A stretch of DNA of 64,000 nt from Vagococcus sp. (GCF_052102835.1 NZ_JBQEIL010000004.1:7003-71002), one strand, 5' to 3'; positions 46,469-56,361 are shown, numbered from the stretch's first letter. Program-made: numbers and translations. Notes: a model not told the origin generated them from the sequence alone.

Positions 46469-47413
46469 ATGTCAAAACTAGTAATTGCTTTAGGAGGCAA
46501 TGCTTTAGGAAAAACTGTATCGGAGCAAAAACAAGCAACAAATCTTGTTGCTCCGATTCTTGTTGATTTGATTGAACAAGGACATGAAATAATAATAACA
46601 CATGGAAATGGTCCACAAGTAGGCTTAATTAATCATGCATTTACAGATTTTATTGAAGAAACAGGAATAATTGATGAGATGCCATTTTCAGAATGTAACG
46701 CTATGAGTGAAGGTTACATAGGATATCATATTCAAAACTCAATAAAAAATGAATTAGAAAAGAGAAAGTTGTCAAAAACTGTGTGTACTTGTGTAACTCA
46801 AATTTTAGTAGATAAAGATGACCCAGCATTTTCTAAACCAACAAAACCAATCGGAGTTTTTTATGATAAAAAACGAGCAATGGAATTAAAAGAAACAAAA
46901 GGGTACCAAATGAAAGAGGATTCAGGACGTGGATATCGCCGAGTTGTTGCATCACCAATACCTATTGATATTTTAGAGAAAGAAGCAATATTAGCTTTAT
47001 TCTCTGCAGGTCAAATAGTTATTGCTTGCGGTGGCGGTGGTATTCCAGTTGTGAAAGAAGAAAATACTTACTACGGTGTTGATGCTGTTATAGATAAGGA
47101 TTATTCTAGTGAGAAATTAGCAGAATTAGTTTCTGCAGATATTTTTATTATCTTAACAGCAGTGGATCAAGTTTTTATCAATTATGGAACAGAAGAAGAA
47201 AAAGGGTTGGATAAAATAACGAAAAATGAAGTAGAAAGATTAATAGCTGAAGAACAGTTTGGTGAAGGTTCGATGTTACCTAAGATTCAAGCAAGTCTTG
47301 ATTTTGTAACACATGCTTCAAATAAAAAAGCGATTATCACTTCTATAGAACAAATAAACAATGCATTATCTGGCCGTGGAGGTACCGTGATTATTGGAAA
47401 TGAGGTAGGCTAA
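46469..47413 (+). CDS. arcC: Carbamate kinase
   Basis: ALGGNAL, THGNGPQVG, KPIG, GYRRVVASP, GGGGIPV, AVIDKD, GSMLPK. Confidence 0.95.
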   Translation: MSKLVIALGGNALGKTVSEQKQATNLVAPILVDLIEQGHEIIITHGNGPQVGLINHAFTDFIEETGIIDEMPFSECNAMSEGYIGYHIQNSIKNELEKRKLSKTVCTCVTQILVDKDDPAFSKPTKPIGVFYDKKRAMELKETKGYQMKEDSGRGYRRVVASPIPIDILEKEAILALFSAGQIVIACGGGGIPVVKEENTYYGVDAVIDKDYSSEKLAELVSADIFIILTAVDQVFINYGTEEEKGLDKITKNEVERLIAEEQFGEGSMLPKIQASLDFVTHASNKKAIITSIEQINNALSGRGGTVIIGNEVG

Positions 47414-48921
47414 TGGAAAATGTAAAAGAAAAAAAGAAGTTTAAATCCCCCAATACGTATGTCATCATATTTATTGTTCTCTTAATTGTTGCTATTTTAA
47501 CCTGGTTTATACCAGGTGGTAAATATGAGTTGGATGCTTCCGGACGAGCAATTGCTAATACATATACAAGAATTGCTTCAAATAGACAAGGTTTATGGGA
47601 TGTTATTATGGCACCAATCATTGGAATGGTTGGTAATGAACAAGTTTCGGGAGCGATAACTATTTCATTAAACGTCATGTTGTTTGGTAGCTTTTTAGAA
47701 ATGATGGATACAACTGGTGCTATCAATATAGCTTTAAAGGGTGTTGCACGTAAATATCAAAAAAATTATTATGTTTTGATAACAGTATTAACATTTATTA
47801 TGGGTATTTTCGGAACGGTTCAAGGAGCGTATGAGGAAGGATTTGTTTACTTACTGATGTTCTTACCGATTATACTGGCACTTGGTTTAGATACTATTGT
47901 AGCTTTGATGATTGTTATTTTTGGTACTCAGGCTGGTTGTGCAGCCTCAATTGTCAATCCGTTTTCAACAGGAATTGCATCAGGGATTGCAGGTATTAGT
48001 CCCGGAGATGGAATTGTTTATCGTACGATTATCTTTGTTGTATTAATGTCATTGTGCTCTTTTATGATTTGTCGTTACGCAAATCATATTCAAAAAAATC
48101 CTGAAAAATCTGTTCAATACTTCAGACATGAAAAAGATTTATTAGAATTTGCTGGTGGTACTGACGATGTGGAGAGTCTAAATAAAAAACAAAGAAAAGT
48201 ATTTAGCGTTTTTATTCTAACTTTTGTTATTATGATCACTTCACTTATTCCGTGGACATCATTAAATCCTAATTGGACATTCTTTGAGAACGTTACAAAA
48301 TGGCTGATGAATGCTCCAATCATCGGTACGATTTTGGGTAAAGATTTAGTTCCATTTGGTGAATGGTACTTTAATGAAATTAACGGTTTACTAATTATTA
48401 TGACAATTGTTGTAGGAATGATTATGGGATATACCATTGATAAAACCATAAATATCCTAATTAAAGGAGCGGCAGCGTTGGTCTCAACTGCATTTATAGT
48501 TCCTTTAGCTAGAGGGATCCAAGTAATTATGACTGATGGAAATATCACAGCGACCGTTTTAAATGCAACTGAAAAAACATTAGGTAGTTTACACCCGGTT
48601 GTATTTATTATTGTTTGTTTCTTAGTTTATATCTTATTAGCAATGTTTATCCCAAGTTCAACAGGCTTAGCAGCAGCAACAATGTCGATTATGGCACCAT
48701 TAGCTGTTTTTGCTGGTGTATCTGAATCTGCAATGGTTGTTGTTTATAACCTAGCGTTAGGCTTTGTTAAAATTTTTGCACCAACATCAATTATTGTAAT
48801 GACTTGTACACAGGCGGTGCACGTCGATTATGGATCATGGCTTAAAGCAACAGGAAAATATATCGCAGTATTCTTTGTAGCTTGTTGCTTAATTTTATTA
48901 GTTAATGTATTAGTATTCTAA
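47413..48921 (+). CDS. YfcC-family transporter (probable substrate/product antiporter)
   Basis: PNTYVIIF, IPGGKY, NPFSTGIA, PSSTG, APTS motifs; many TM segments. Confidence 0.88.
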   Translation: MENVKEKKKFKSPNTYVIIFIVLLIVAILTWFIPGGKYELDASGRAIANTYTRIASNRQGLWDVIMAPIIGMVGNEQVSGAITISLNVMLFGSFLEMMDTTGAINIALKGVARKYQKNYYVLITVLTFIMGIFGTVQGAYEEGFVYLLMFLPIILALGLDTIVALMIVIFGTQAGCAASIVNPFSTGIASGIAGISPGDGIVYRTIIFVVLMSLCSFMICRYANHIQKNPEKSVQYFRHEKDLLEFAGGTDDVESLNKKQRKVFSVFILTFVIMITSLIPWTSLNPNWTFFENVTKWLMNAPIIGTILGKDLVPFGEWYFNEINGLLIIMTIVVGMIMGYTIDKTINILIKGAAALVSTAFIVPLARGIQVIMTDGNITATVLNATEKTLGSLHPVVFIIVCFLVYILLAMFIPSSTGLAAATMSIMAPLAVFAGVSESAMVVVYNLALGFVKIFAPTSIIVMTCTQAVHVDYGSWLKATGKYIAVFFVACCLILLVNVLVF

Positions 48922-48948
48922 ATTAAATAAGAAATGGAGCGTAATGAA

Positions 48949-49803
48949 ATGACTGAAAAATTTTATGTGAAAAATGGAACAAATGTATTGAAAAAAGTGC
49001 TGGTGTGCTCACCACGATTTTATAAATTTAATGGAATTAATGATATTACTAAGAGTTGGATGGAAAAAGGAGAAACAGAGAAAAATGAATTAATGGTTAA
49101 AGAATGGGACACATTAATTCAAGCTTATAAAGATAATGGAGTGGAAGTAGTAGAAGTGGCTTCATATGAAGAGTTGGAAGTTCAAACATTTGCACGTGAT
49201 TTTGGTGCAATGGTTAAAGAGGGGGCAATTATTGGTAAGTTTCGACACCCAGCACGTCAAAAAGAAACAGAAGTTTATGAACAAAAATTAAAAGAAATGG
49301 GAGTTCCAATCATAGCACGTTGTAATGCAGGGTGTTTTGAAGGTGGCGATTTCTGGATGATTGATGATCATACAATTGCATTTGGATTAGTCGATCGTAC
49401 AGATAAAGCAGGCGTTGATAATTTACGAGAACAATTAGAAAAATTCGGTTATACCGTAGTAGGTGTTGAATCACGTCCTACTAACTTGCACTTAGATATG
49501 ATTTTTAATATTGTAGCACCTAAGGTTTGTATTGCTGCAACAGATGAATTACCATATCAATTTTTAGAGATGCTAAAACGTCGTAACTTCAAAATTATTC
49601 ATGTTCCAAGTGAATTAGTATTTAAACATGGTTGTAACGTTCAAGCATTAGGAAATGGTAAAGTTTTAGGTATTGAGAACAATAAATCGGTTAACGAAGC
49701 AATGGAAGCTGAAGGGTTAGAAGTAATCAAATTACCATTGGAACAAATTTTAAAAGCAGGCGGTGGACCACACTGTATGAAATTCCCTGTTTCAAGAGAT
49801 TAG
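48949..49803 (+). CDS. Short pentein (amidinotransferase/DDAH-like guanidino hydrolase)
   Basis: FARD, FEGGD, LHLD, GGPHCM catalytic motifs; ~284 aa, much shorter than canonical ArcA (~410 aa); probable start ATG 48949. Confidence 0.85.
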   Translation: MTEKFYVKNGTNVLKKVLVCSPRFYKFNGINDITKSWMEKGETEKNELMVKEWDTLIQAYKDNGVEVVEVASYEELEVQTFARDFGAMVKEGAIIGKFRHPARQKETEVYEQKLKEMGVPIIARCNAGCFEGGDFWMIDDHTIAFGLVDRTDKAGVDNLREQLEKFGYTVVGVESRPTNLHLDMIFNIVAPKVCIAATDELPYQFLEMLKRRNFKIIHVPSELVFKHGCNVQALGNGKVLGIENNKSVNEAMEAEGLEVIKLPLEQILKAGGGPHCMKFPVSRD

Positions 49804-49818
49804 AAAAGAGGCAAATAA

Positions 49819-50805
49819 ATGAAAATAGTAATTACTGATTATCCTGATTCAATGATGCCTACTCATGATTATGAAAGAGAAATCTTAATAGATGGTTTGG
49901 GTGAATGTGAAATTGTCGTTTATGAGTATGCGGATGAAAAGCGTGAAGAGTTTTTTGAGGTAATTAAAGATGCTGATGCTATTTTGACTGCTTTTACTAA
50001 GATTGATGCAGAAGCAATGGATCATGCCAAAAATTTGAAATTAGTTTCTCTAAATGCAACTGGGTATGATAACGTCGATCTAGTTGAAGCAAACCGAAGA
50101 GGAGTTGGTGTTTGTCCAGTAGGGGAATATTCAACTATAGATGTAGCTGAATTTACAATTACATTAATGTTGACATTGATAAAAAATTTAAAAGCCTATA
50201 TTCAAGATATCGATATCAATCATAAATGGCGTTATGACGTAAAGCCACCAAATGCACGCGTCGAGGATATGACACTAGGTGTTTTTGGATTTGGAAAAAT
50301 AGGTAAAGCTGTAGCAACTAGAGGCAAGGCTTTAGGTATGACTGTCATTACTTGCGATCCTTATGTTGACCAGAAACTAGGTGATGAGTACGGTGTTATA
50401 TTTGTAAGTAAGGAAGAACTTTTAGCAACATCTGATGTAATTACAAATAATATGAATCTAAATGAGAGTAATCAATCATTCTTTAATTTATCAGTTTTTA
50501 AAGAGATGAAAAAAGCACCATTTTTTATTAATATGGGGCGTGGTGCGAGTGTAAATGAATCGGACTTAAAAATAGCTCTAGATAATGGTTTAATAAAAGG
50601 AGCTGGTCTTGATTTACTTGCTGATGAGACACCAGATTTAGAAAACCATCCCTTAGTTGGATTAGATACTGTGATCATAACACCTCATGCAGCTTTTTAT
50701 TCATCAACTTCAATAAAAGAATTGCAGAGATTATCTACTGAGAATATAGTATATTACTTAACGAATCAAAAAGATAAAGTTTTTAAACTTGTTAGCGATA
50801 ATTAA
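49819..50805 (+). CDS. D-isomer-specific 2-hydroxyacid dehydrogenase (CtBP-like)
   Basis: ATGYDNVD, GFGKIG, INMGRG, LDLLADE, TPHAAFYS. Confidence 0.9.
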   Translation: MKIVITDYPDSMMPTHDYEREILIDGLGECEIVVYEYADEKREEFFEVIKDADAILTAFTKIDAEAMDHAKNLKLVSLNATGYDNVDLVEANRRGVGVCPVGEYSTIDVAEFTITLMLTLIKNLKAYIQDIDINHKWRYDVKPPNARVEDMTLGVFGFGKIGKAVATRGKALGMTVITCDPYVDQKLGDEYGVIFVSKEELLATSDVITNNMNLNESNQSFFNLSVFKEMKKAPFFINMGRGASVNESDLKIALDNGLIKGAGLDLLADETPDLENHPLVGLDTVIITPHAAFYSSTSIKELQRLSTENIVYYLTNQKDKVFKLVSDN

Positions 50806-50843
50806 AAAAAGACCGCTCTTCTGTGTGGGAGGAGCGGTCTTTT
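50806..50843. terminator. Bidirectional terminator
   Basis: AAAAGACCGCTC...GAGCGGTCTTTT. Confidence 0.85.
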
Positions 50844-50849
50844 GTGTTT

Positions 50850-51878
50850 TTATAAATAAGCGTTTAATGGATAAGTCGTGAATTCTGTTGTTTCCAGTTT
50901 TTCACAGGTAACAAATCCGTTAGGAGCTTTAAGTAATGATGGAATACGATTGACAACAGTTGCACAAGTATGAGCGACTGTATCTGGTTTTTCTAATGAG
51001 AAAATCATGTCAGGTTCTCCAGTGATTTTCCAATCACACATATCACCATCTGTTGGGCGGTAAACTTTACCAATACACTCTACTTCGAGTTCAGGACCTT
51101 GGTAGGTTTGAATACTGGTGACAGCAGACATTCCCGTAGCATCGCCAGCAGGAATAGTCCGACCAAGCGTTTCAGAGTAGATATCTTCATCTAAAGTTAT
51201 AGCCACATTTTTTTGTGAAATCGACTTGATTGTCCAATTCATTTTAGAACAAATTGCTTCAGCAGCATTCCACATATAAGAAGGTAAGCTTTCTGCTTGT
51301 GCGATGTCACTTTCAAACTTAGCCATTGGATAACCAGCACCGTGAGCTTCAGCTAAGGCTAAGCCATAGTCTTCAACATTATAACTTACTGCACCTTTTA
51401 CTTTAGTTACACCATTCATCCCGGCCATCATAAGTGTTGGCATATTGATCCAATAAATATCTTGCATTCCGCTACCTGTAATCGTGACATTATGTTTTTT
51501 TGCTAGTTTATCTAAATAATTAGTTTCAGCAGGTGATGTATTCCATGGATAGATGGCTTCTTCACAAGTTGTGATAATATTCACATTATTTTTGATGCAA
51601 AGTTCAAAGAAAGGCATCATTTCAGGCATGTAACTAAAGATAGTAACAACAGCAACATCAGCATCTGTTTCATTTAAAACTTTTTCAGCATCATCAGAGA
51701 TAAGTACGCCCATTTTCCGGCCGAGATTAGCGAAATCACCAATATCCGTACCTACTAACGCTGGATTATTATCGATTGCTCCGACAATTTCAGCACCATG
51801 ATCAACTAAATATTTAATCATTACCTCAGCCATTTTTCCACAACCAAATTGAATTACTTTAACTTTGTCTAACTTCAT
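50850..51878 (-). CDS. 2,4-diaminopentanoate dehydrogenase family / native amine dehydrogenase-like oxidoreductase
   Basis: FGCGKM Rossmann motif, CEEAIYPW, TGSGMQDIYW, YNVEDYG, TCATVVNRIP; resembles recalled CfusAmDH/MsmeAmDH sequences. Confidence 0.75.
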   Translation of the reverse strand: MKLDKVKVIQFGCGKMAEVMIKYLVDHGAEIVGAIDNNPALVGTDIGDFANLGRKMGVLISDDAEKVLNETDADVAVVTIFSYMPEMMPFFELCIKNNVNIITTCEEAIYPWNTSPAETNYLDKLAKKHNVTITGSGMQDIYWINMPTLMMAGMNGVTKVKGAVSYNVEDYGLALAEAHGAGYPMAKFESDIAQAESLPSYMWNAAEAICSKMNWTIKSISQKNVAITLDEDIYSETLGRTIPAGDATGMSAVTSIQTYQGPELEVECIGKVYRPTDGDMCDWKITGEPDMIFSLEKPDTVAHTCATVVNRIPSLLKAPNGFVTCEKLETTEFTTYPLNAYL

Positions 51879-51921
51879 AAAAATAACCTCCCAAATTATT
51901 TGATAATCATTTCACAATCAT

Positions 51922-51952
51922 AGTATAATCTCTATAGTAACTATAGAGTCAA
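51922..51952 (-). promoter_or_regulatory. MerR-type promoter of the dehydrogenase gene
   Basis: Minus strand TTGACT, 19-nt spacer, TATACT; dyad CTCTATAGT-A-ACTATAGAG (51930-51948) across the spacer. Confidence 0.85.
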
Positions 51953-51963
51953 GGAGAGTTATC

Positions 51964-52800
51964 ATGAATGAAAAACTAAAAATTGGTGATTTTGCTAAAA
52001 TGAATGATGTATCTGTTCAAACACTGCGTTATTATGAAAAAATCGGTTTATTAAAGCCTTATTTTATTGATTTAGAAACAAATTATCGATATTATCATCT
52101 GCTCCAATCACCAATTATTGATAGTATTCAGTATTTAAAGGAATGTAATTTATCACTGACTGAAATTAAAAGCTTTCTGTCTGAAGAAAAATCATCGCTT
52201 GTTTTACATCAAAAAATGGAAAAAGAACTTCAAACTTTGATTGACGAGCAAGAAAAAATAAGTCAACGAATGCAACGAATTAAAAGTTTTATGGTGAATA
52301 ACCAAACGTACCAGCAAAACTTAAAGAAGACCGCTTTTGAAATAATCAACTTGCCAGAGCGTTATCTTTATCAGTTCGAAATCCCTAAAAATATTTATGA
52401 CTTGAATCCGAATGACTATGAACATTATTTACGTGATTTTAAAGCTCATCTTAATCAAGAAAAGTTACATGTGATTCACTTTAGTCAAGTGGGATCAGTT
52501 ATTCCTCAAGCTCTATTTGAACGAAATGAAATGATTTCAAAACAAATGTTTGTTTTTTGCTCAAGTAAATTGAAACAACTGAATCAAGTTAAAACCTTAC
52601 CAGCTCATTTATACGCAGTAGATTACTGTCATTCATTTGGAGATGAGATGGGAAAAATCAAAGAATTAAAGAAAAAAATTAAAGCCAATGGTTATCATGT
52701 AGCTGGAGATTATTTGTGTGAGGTACTCAGAGAATTACCACAAATTGATCGTTTAGAACGTAATATGTTTATTCGTTTACAAATCCCAATTGAATCTTAG
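51964..52800 (+). CDS. MerR family regulator with BmrR/GyrI-like ligand-binding domain
   Basis: KIGDFAK..VSVQTLRYYEKIGLLKP...NYRYY; 278 aa with C-terminal effector domain. Confidence 0.92.
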   Translation: MNEKLKIGDFAKMNDVSVQTLRYYEKIGLLKPYFIDLETNYRYYHLLQSPIIDSIQYLKECNLSLTEIKSFLSEEKSSLVLHQKMEKELQTLIDEQEKISQRMQRIKSFMVNNQTYQQNLKKTAFEIINLPERYLYQFEIPKNIYDLNPNDYEHYLRDFKAHLNQEKLHVIHFSQVGSVIPQALFERNEMISKQMFVFCSSKLKQLNQVKTLPAHLYAVDYCHSFGDEMGKIKELKKKIKANGYHVAGDYLCEVLRELPQIDRLERNMFIRLQIPIES

Positions 52801-53062
52801 TACCATTTGGTTATTGATTTGATTTCAATCTGTTGAATGGCGTGGTATGCAATTTTTTCTTGTCCTTTTGAATGAATTGCGTATGAAAAGTGTAGTCAAA
52901 AAGGGACAGATTATTCCTTCTTCCGTTTATTTATGGCTCAATTACATGAACGTTTATTCTATTTGTAAAGATAATTCATAAAAATATAATTATCAGTGTC
53001 AAGTTGTCGATGGGTATGCTACTCTTTTATTAAGCACAAGTTGATGATAGGAGAGGATTGCG

Positions 53063-54106
53063 ATGAGGAATAAAAAAGTACCATTGCTTTTATTTGGAGT
53101 ATTTCTTTGTTTTTTGTTTTTTTTCATCTTTATCTCAAAAGAATCCATACCATTTAATGCTGAAAAAGAGCATAAAATTGATGATATGTTGGAAAAACAT
53201 CATTTTAAAGGAACTGTTTTAATGGTTCAAAATGGGCAAGTCGTTTTTGAAAAAGCTTATGGTCAAGCAGACCATGAAAGAAAGACAGCGAACACATTAG
53301 AAACCATTTTTCCAATTGCTTCACTTCAAAAAAGAATGACTGCAGTTATTATCGCTCAGTTGATTGCAGAAGGTAAGCTGAGTTATGAGACGAAGTTAGC
53401 TGATTATTGTCCAGAGGTCAGAGGAGCTCAAAAGATAACGATTCGTCAATTGTTAGATCATACATCGGGGTATGTGATGCCGGAAATTGCTCCAGTTAAT
53501 GTTTTGAAAACAGAAGAAGCTCAATATGATTATGCACTACAACTAACGACTGTTTATGAGCCAGGGACGTACCAGTACTCAAATGGCAATTATACTTTTT
53601 TGGCACGGGTGATTCATTTGATTGAAAAAAAGACGTATGCGGATGTTTTAAAAGAAAGAATCATTCAACCACTTGGTTTAAAAAATACTTTTTTATGGGA
53701 TGAAATCCCGAAAAATAAACAAGTACCGGAAGAATATATGTATCTTAATGGTGATTATACTACTCAGAAACGCGTGGCTTCTCCTGCCTTATTTAGTAGT
53801 CTATTAGGAGCTGGAAATGTCTTCTCAAGTGTGAATGATTTGTTGCTTTTTGAAAAGAGTTTGTCAGATAATCAGTTGTTAACACATCAAGAAATGGAAA
53901 TTGTTTTCGACTGGTCTTTTGAACAACCTAAAAAAAAGAAGATGATTCGTGGTAATATTTCAGAAGCGGGTCAATTAGGAGGGTATGATAGTGCTGTTTA
54001 TGGAACACTGGACAATCAAAACTTAGTTTTTTGGTTATCTAATCAAGCACCAGTTGACCAAGAAGGCCAACTGCTTAATATACTTTACGAAATAATGATG
54101 TATTAA
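53063..54106 (+). CDS. Serine hydrolase, beta-lactamase/PBP class C family, membrane-anchored
   Basis: N-terminal hydrophobic anchor; IASLQK (SxxK), LLDHTSG, YQYSN (YxN). Confidence 0.85.
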   Translation: MRNKKVPLLLFGVFLCFLFFFIFISKESIPFNAEKEHKIDDMLEKHHFKGTVLMVQNGQVVFEKAYGQADHERKTANTLETIFPIASLQKRMTAVIIAQLIAEGKLSYETKLADYCPEVRGAQKITIRQLLDHTSGYVMPEIAPVNVLKTEEAQYDYALQLTTVYEPGTYQYSNGNYTFLARVIHLIEKKTYADVLKERIIQPLGLKNTFLWDEIPKNKQVPEEYMYLNGDYTTQKRVASPALFSSLLGAGNVFSSVNDLLLFEKSLSDNQLLTHQEMEIVFDWSFEQPKKKKMIRGNISEAGQLGGYDSAVYGTLDNQNLVFWLSNQAPVDQEGQLLNILYEIMMY

Positions 54107-54123
54107 AAAAGAGGAGAATTGTA

Positions 54124-55029
54124 GTGGGTGCAACGGTTTTTAGTGTGACAAGCGTTTTAATTTTGTTTATGTTAGTGGGTGTTTTTTTACAGTTAAGAGG
54201 GAAGTATACGCCCCAAGTTAATTATTTTTTAGGCTATTTTTTAACCAATATTGCTTTGCCACCTGCCATTATTAATAGTTTTCAGTTACCAAGGACGCTA
54301 GAAACGATAGAGTTAATTAAAACAACAGCATTCTATTCTTTGATAATGATGTTTATAACGTTAGGAATTGGTGTTCTTGTGGCTAAAATATTTAATAAAA
54401 AAGAGAATTTAAAAAGATTATGGATAACGGGAATTACTTTTTCCAATATTCTTTTCATAGGTATTCCGATTGTGGAACAATTATATGGAGAAAAGGGATT
54501 AGTCGTACTCGTTGTTTATAATACGATATCTAGTATTTTCTTATTTACAATTGGTGTGATGATTTTTTCGGAACAACGTCATTTTGATTGGCGAAGAATG
54601 TTGCTTGCGCCAGCTATTTTAGCTGCGTTGATTGGTTTTGGTTTGTTTATGCTTAATATTCAGTTACCACAACCCATTGAATCTTTTAATATCGCTTTAG
54701 GCTCGATGACTGCTCCAATTTCGATGATTATTAATGGAGGACTCTTTGCAAAAAGTTCATTAAAATCGATATTTAAAGATAAAGATAATCTCCAATTTGC
54801 ATTTGCGCGTATGGTAATCATACCTGTCATCTTTGTGAGTGTTTTATCTAAATTCATTACTGAACCGATTATTTTAGGAGTGTTAGTGATGGTTTCAGCA
54901 ATGCCATCTGGAGCAATTAATGCGATTTTTGCAGAACAATACATAGGTGAAGGAGTAAAAGCTTCACAGTATATTACGCTAACAACACTAATCAGTATGG
55001 TGAGTTTACCGTTAATAATGTCCTTTTAA
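54124..55029 (+). CDS. AEC (auxin efflux carrier) family transporter
   Basis: IALPPAI, FSNILFIGIP, SAMPSG motifs; ~10 TMs. Confidence 0.85.
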   Translation: MGATVFSVTSVLILFMLVGVFLQLRGKYTPQVNYFLGYFLTNIALPPAIINSFQLPRTLETIELIKTTAFYSLIMMFITLGIGVLVAKIFNKKENLKRLWITGITFSNILFIGIPIVEQLYGEKGLVVLVVYNTISSIFLFTIGVMIFSEQRHFDWRRMLLAPAILAALIGFGLFMLNIQLPQPIESFNIALGSMTAPISMIINGGLFAKSSLKSIFKDKDNLQFAFARMVIIPVIFVSVLSKFITEPIILGVLVMVSAMPSGAINAIFAEQYIGEGVKASQYITLTTLISMVSLPLIMSF

Positions 55030-55035
55030 GTTAAC

Positions 55036-55078
55036 AAAAAAAAGCTAAATAATTAAATAAAAATTTAGCTTTTTTTTT
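55036..55078. terminator. Intrinsic terminator
   Basis: AAAAAAAAGCTAAAT...ATTTAGCTTTTTTTT. Confidence 0.75.
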
Positions 55079-55114
55079 GTTTTTATAGTATAATCACGAT
55101 AATGGAGGGATTAT

Positions 55115-56143
55115 GTGAAGATATTAATTTCTGATATTGCTAAAAAAGCAAAAGTATCAAGCGGAACGGTTTCAAATGCATTGAATAATCGTAAGGGGAT
55201 TAGCGAAGAAAAAAAACAGATGATCATAAAAATAGCTGAAGAAATGGGTTATTTCAAACAAAAAGATGATAAAGAGATGTCAAAAATTCGTTTTGTTGTC
55301 TTAAGTAAAAAAGGAAATATTGTTGGCGACACACCATTTTTTTCAGAGTTAATTAGAGGAATTGAGTTAGAGAGTCGAGAATTAGGCTATGAACTAATGA
55401 TTAGCCATTTAACAATTGATAAAAATATAAAGAAAAATGCAAACGATCTTTTTGGTAATGGCCAGGAGAGTGGGACGTTATTATTGTGTACAGAATTAGA
55501 AAAGGAAGATTTGTTTTTTTTAGATCAAATAAAAAAACCGTTTGTATTAATTGATACTATCTTTAGAACGCAGATTTATGATTTTGTAGCGATTAATAAT
55601 GTCGATGCTTCTTATGAAATAGTAAGGCATATGATTAGTAATCATCATAAAAAAATAGGGATTATTAATTCTAAGTTTCAAATGAATAATTTTAGAGAAC
55701 GAAAAAAAGGATACCTTCAAGTGCTGACCAATCATAACTTGGAAATTAATCGTGACTTTGAAGTTTTGGTGGAGCCGACATTAGAAGGTGCTTATCGAGA
55801 TATGAAAGCATACTTAACAAGTCGTTTGGAAACTCATCAACCACTGCCACAAGCTTTCTTTTCCGTGAATGATATTATTGCAGTTGGTGCGATGAGAGCT
55901 TTGAAAGAGTTTAATTTATTAGAGCAAACGTCAGTGACAGGCTTTGATGATATTCCTTTAGCTGAGTTTTCAACGCCTAGTTTAACAACAGTCAGAGTGG
56001 ATAAACAAAGTTTGGGTAGACAATCTGTGAGACGATTAAATGAAAAAATTAAAGATGAAAATTTGTTACCAGTTAAAGTTTTATTATCAACAAAATTAAT
56101 TGAGCGAGAAAGTGTAAAAAAAGTGAATAAGGTAGAAAATTAA
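55115..56143 (+). CDS. LacI family regulator
   Basis: ISDIAKKAKVSSGTVSNALN HTH; NDIIAVGA, SVTGFDDIP, PSLTTV. Confidence 0.95.
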   Translation: MKILISDIAKKAKVSSGTVSNALNNRKGISEEKKQMIIKIAEEMGYFKQKDDKEMSKIRFVVLSKKGNIVGDTPFFSELIRGIELESRELGYELMISHLTIDKNIKKNANDLFGNGQESGTLLLCTELEKEDLFFLDQIKKPFVLIDTIFRTQIYDFVAINNVDASYEIVRHMISNHHKKIGIINSKFQMNNFRERKKGYLQVLTNHNLEINRDFEVLVEPTLEGAYRDMKAYLTSRLETHQPLPQAFFSVNDIIAVGAMRALKEFNLLEQTSVTGFDDIPLAEFSTPSLTTVRVDKQSLGRQSVRRLNEKIKDENLLPVKVLLSTKLIERESVKKVNKVEN

Positions 56144-56186
56144 GCAATGATGATGTAACTGACAGTTATATCATCATTGTTTTTTT
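56144..56186 (+). terminator. Intrinsic terminator
   Basis: GCAATGATGATGTAACT...AGTTATATCATCATTGT followed by T run. Confidence 0.75.
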
Positions 56187-56294
56187 AGTGTTATTTTAGT
56201 AATAAATACTTTTAATGTAGTTTGTTATATGCGTTTTCAAAAGCCTTTCAAATCAAGGTTACTAAAATAAAGCTAAAAATAAACTAAAAATATG

Positions 56295-56341
56295 TTGAAA
56301 AAATATACTAATGTGTTATCATTTACTTGTAAACGATTACA
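56295..56341 (+). promoter_or_regulatory. SigA promoter with downstream cre/LacI operator
   Basis: TTGAAA (56295), extended -10 TGTTATCAT (56314-56322), TGTAAACGATTACA (56328-56341). Confidence 0.65.
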
Positions 56342-56361
56342 ACTATTGAGGAGGAAACAGC

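Noticed and set aside
48934-49803. Calling the operon a canonical arc (arcA/arcB) or agu (aguA/ptcA) pathway
   Set aside because: The pentein is ~125 aa shorter than ArcA and does not show AguA-type motifs; the transcarbamylase lacks the conserved Asp kept by both OTC and PTC; the regulator is PucR-type.
52858-52910. Inverted repeat TGTCCTTTTGA...TCAAAAAGGGACA downstream of merR as an sRNA
   Set aside because: Large loop, no + strand U-tract and no clear promoter; not enough evidence.
53063-54106. Beta-lactam resistance gene
   Set aside because: SxxK/YxN serine hydrolases of this family are mostly peptidases or esterases; nothing in the sequence supports beta-lactamase activity.
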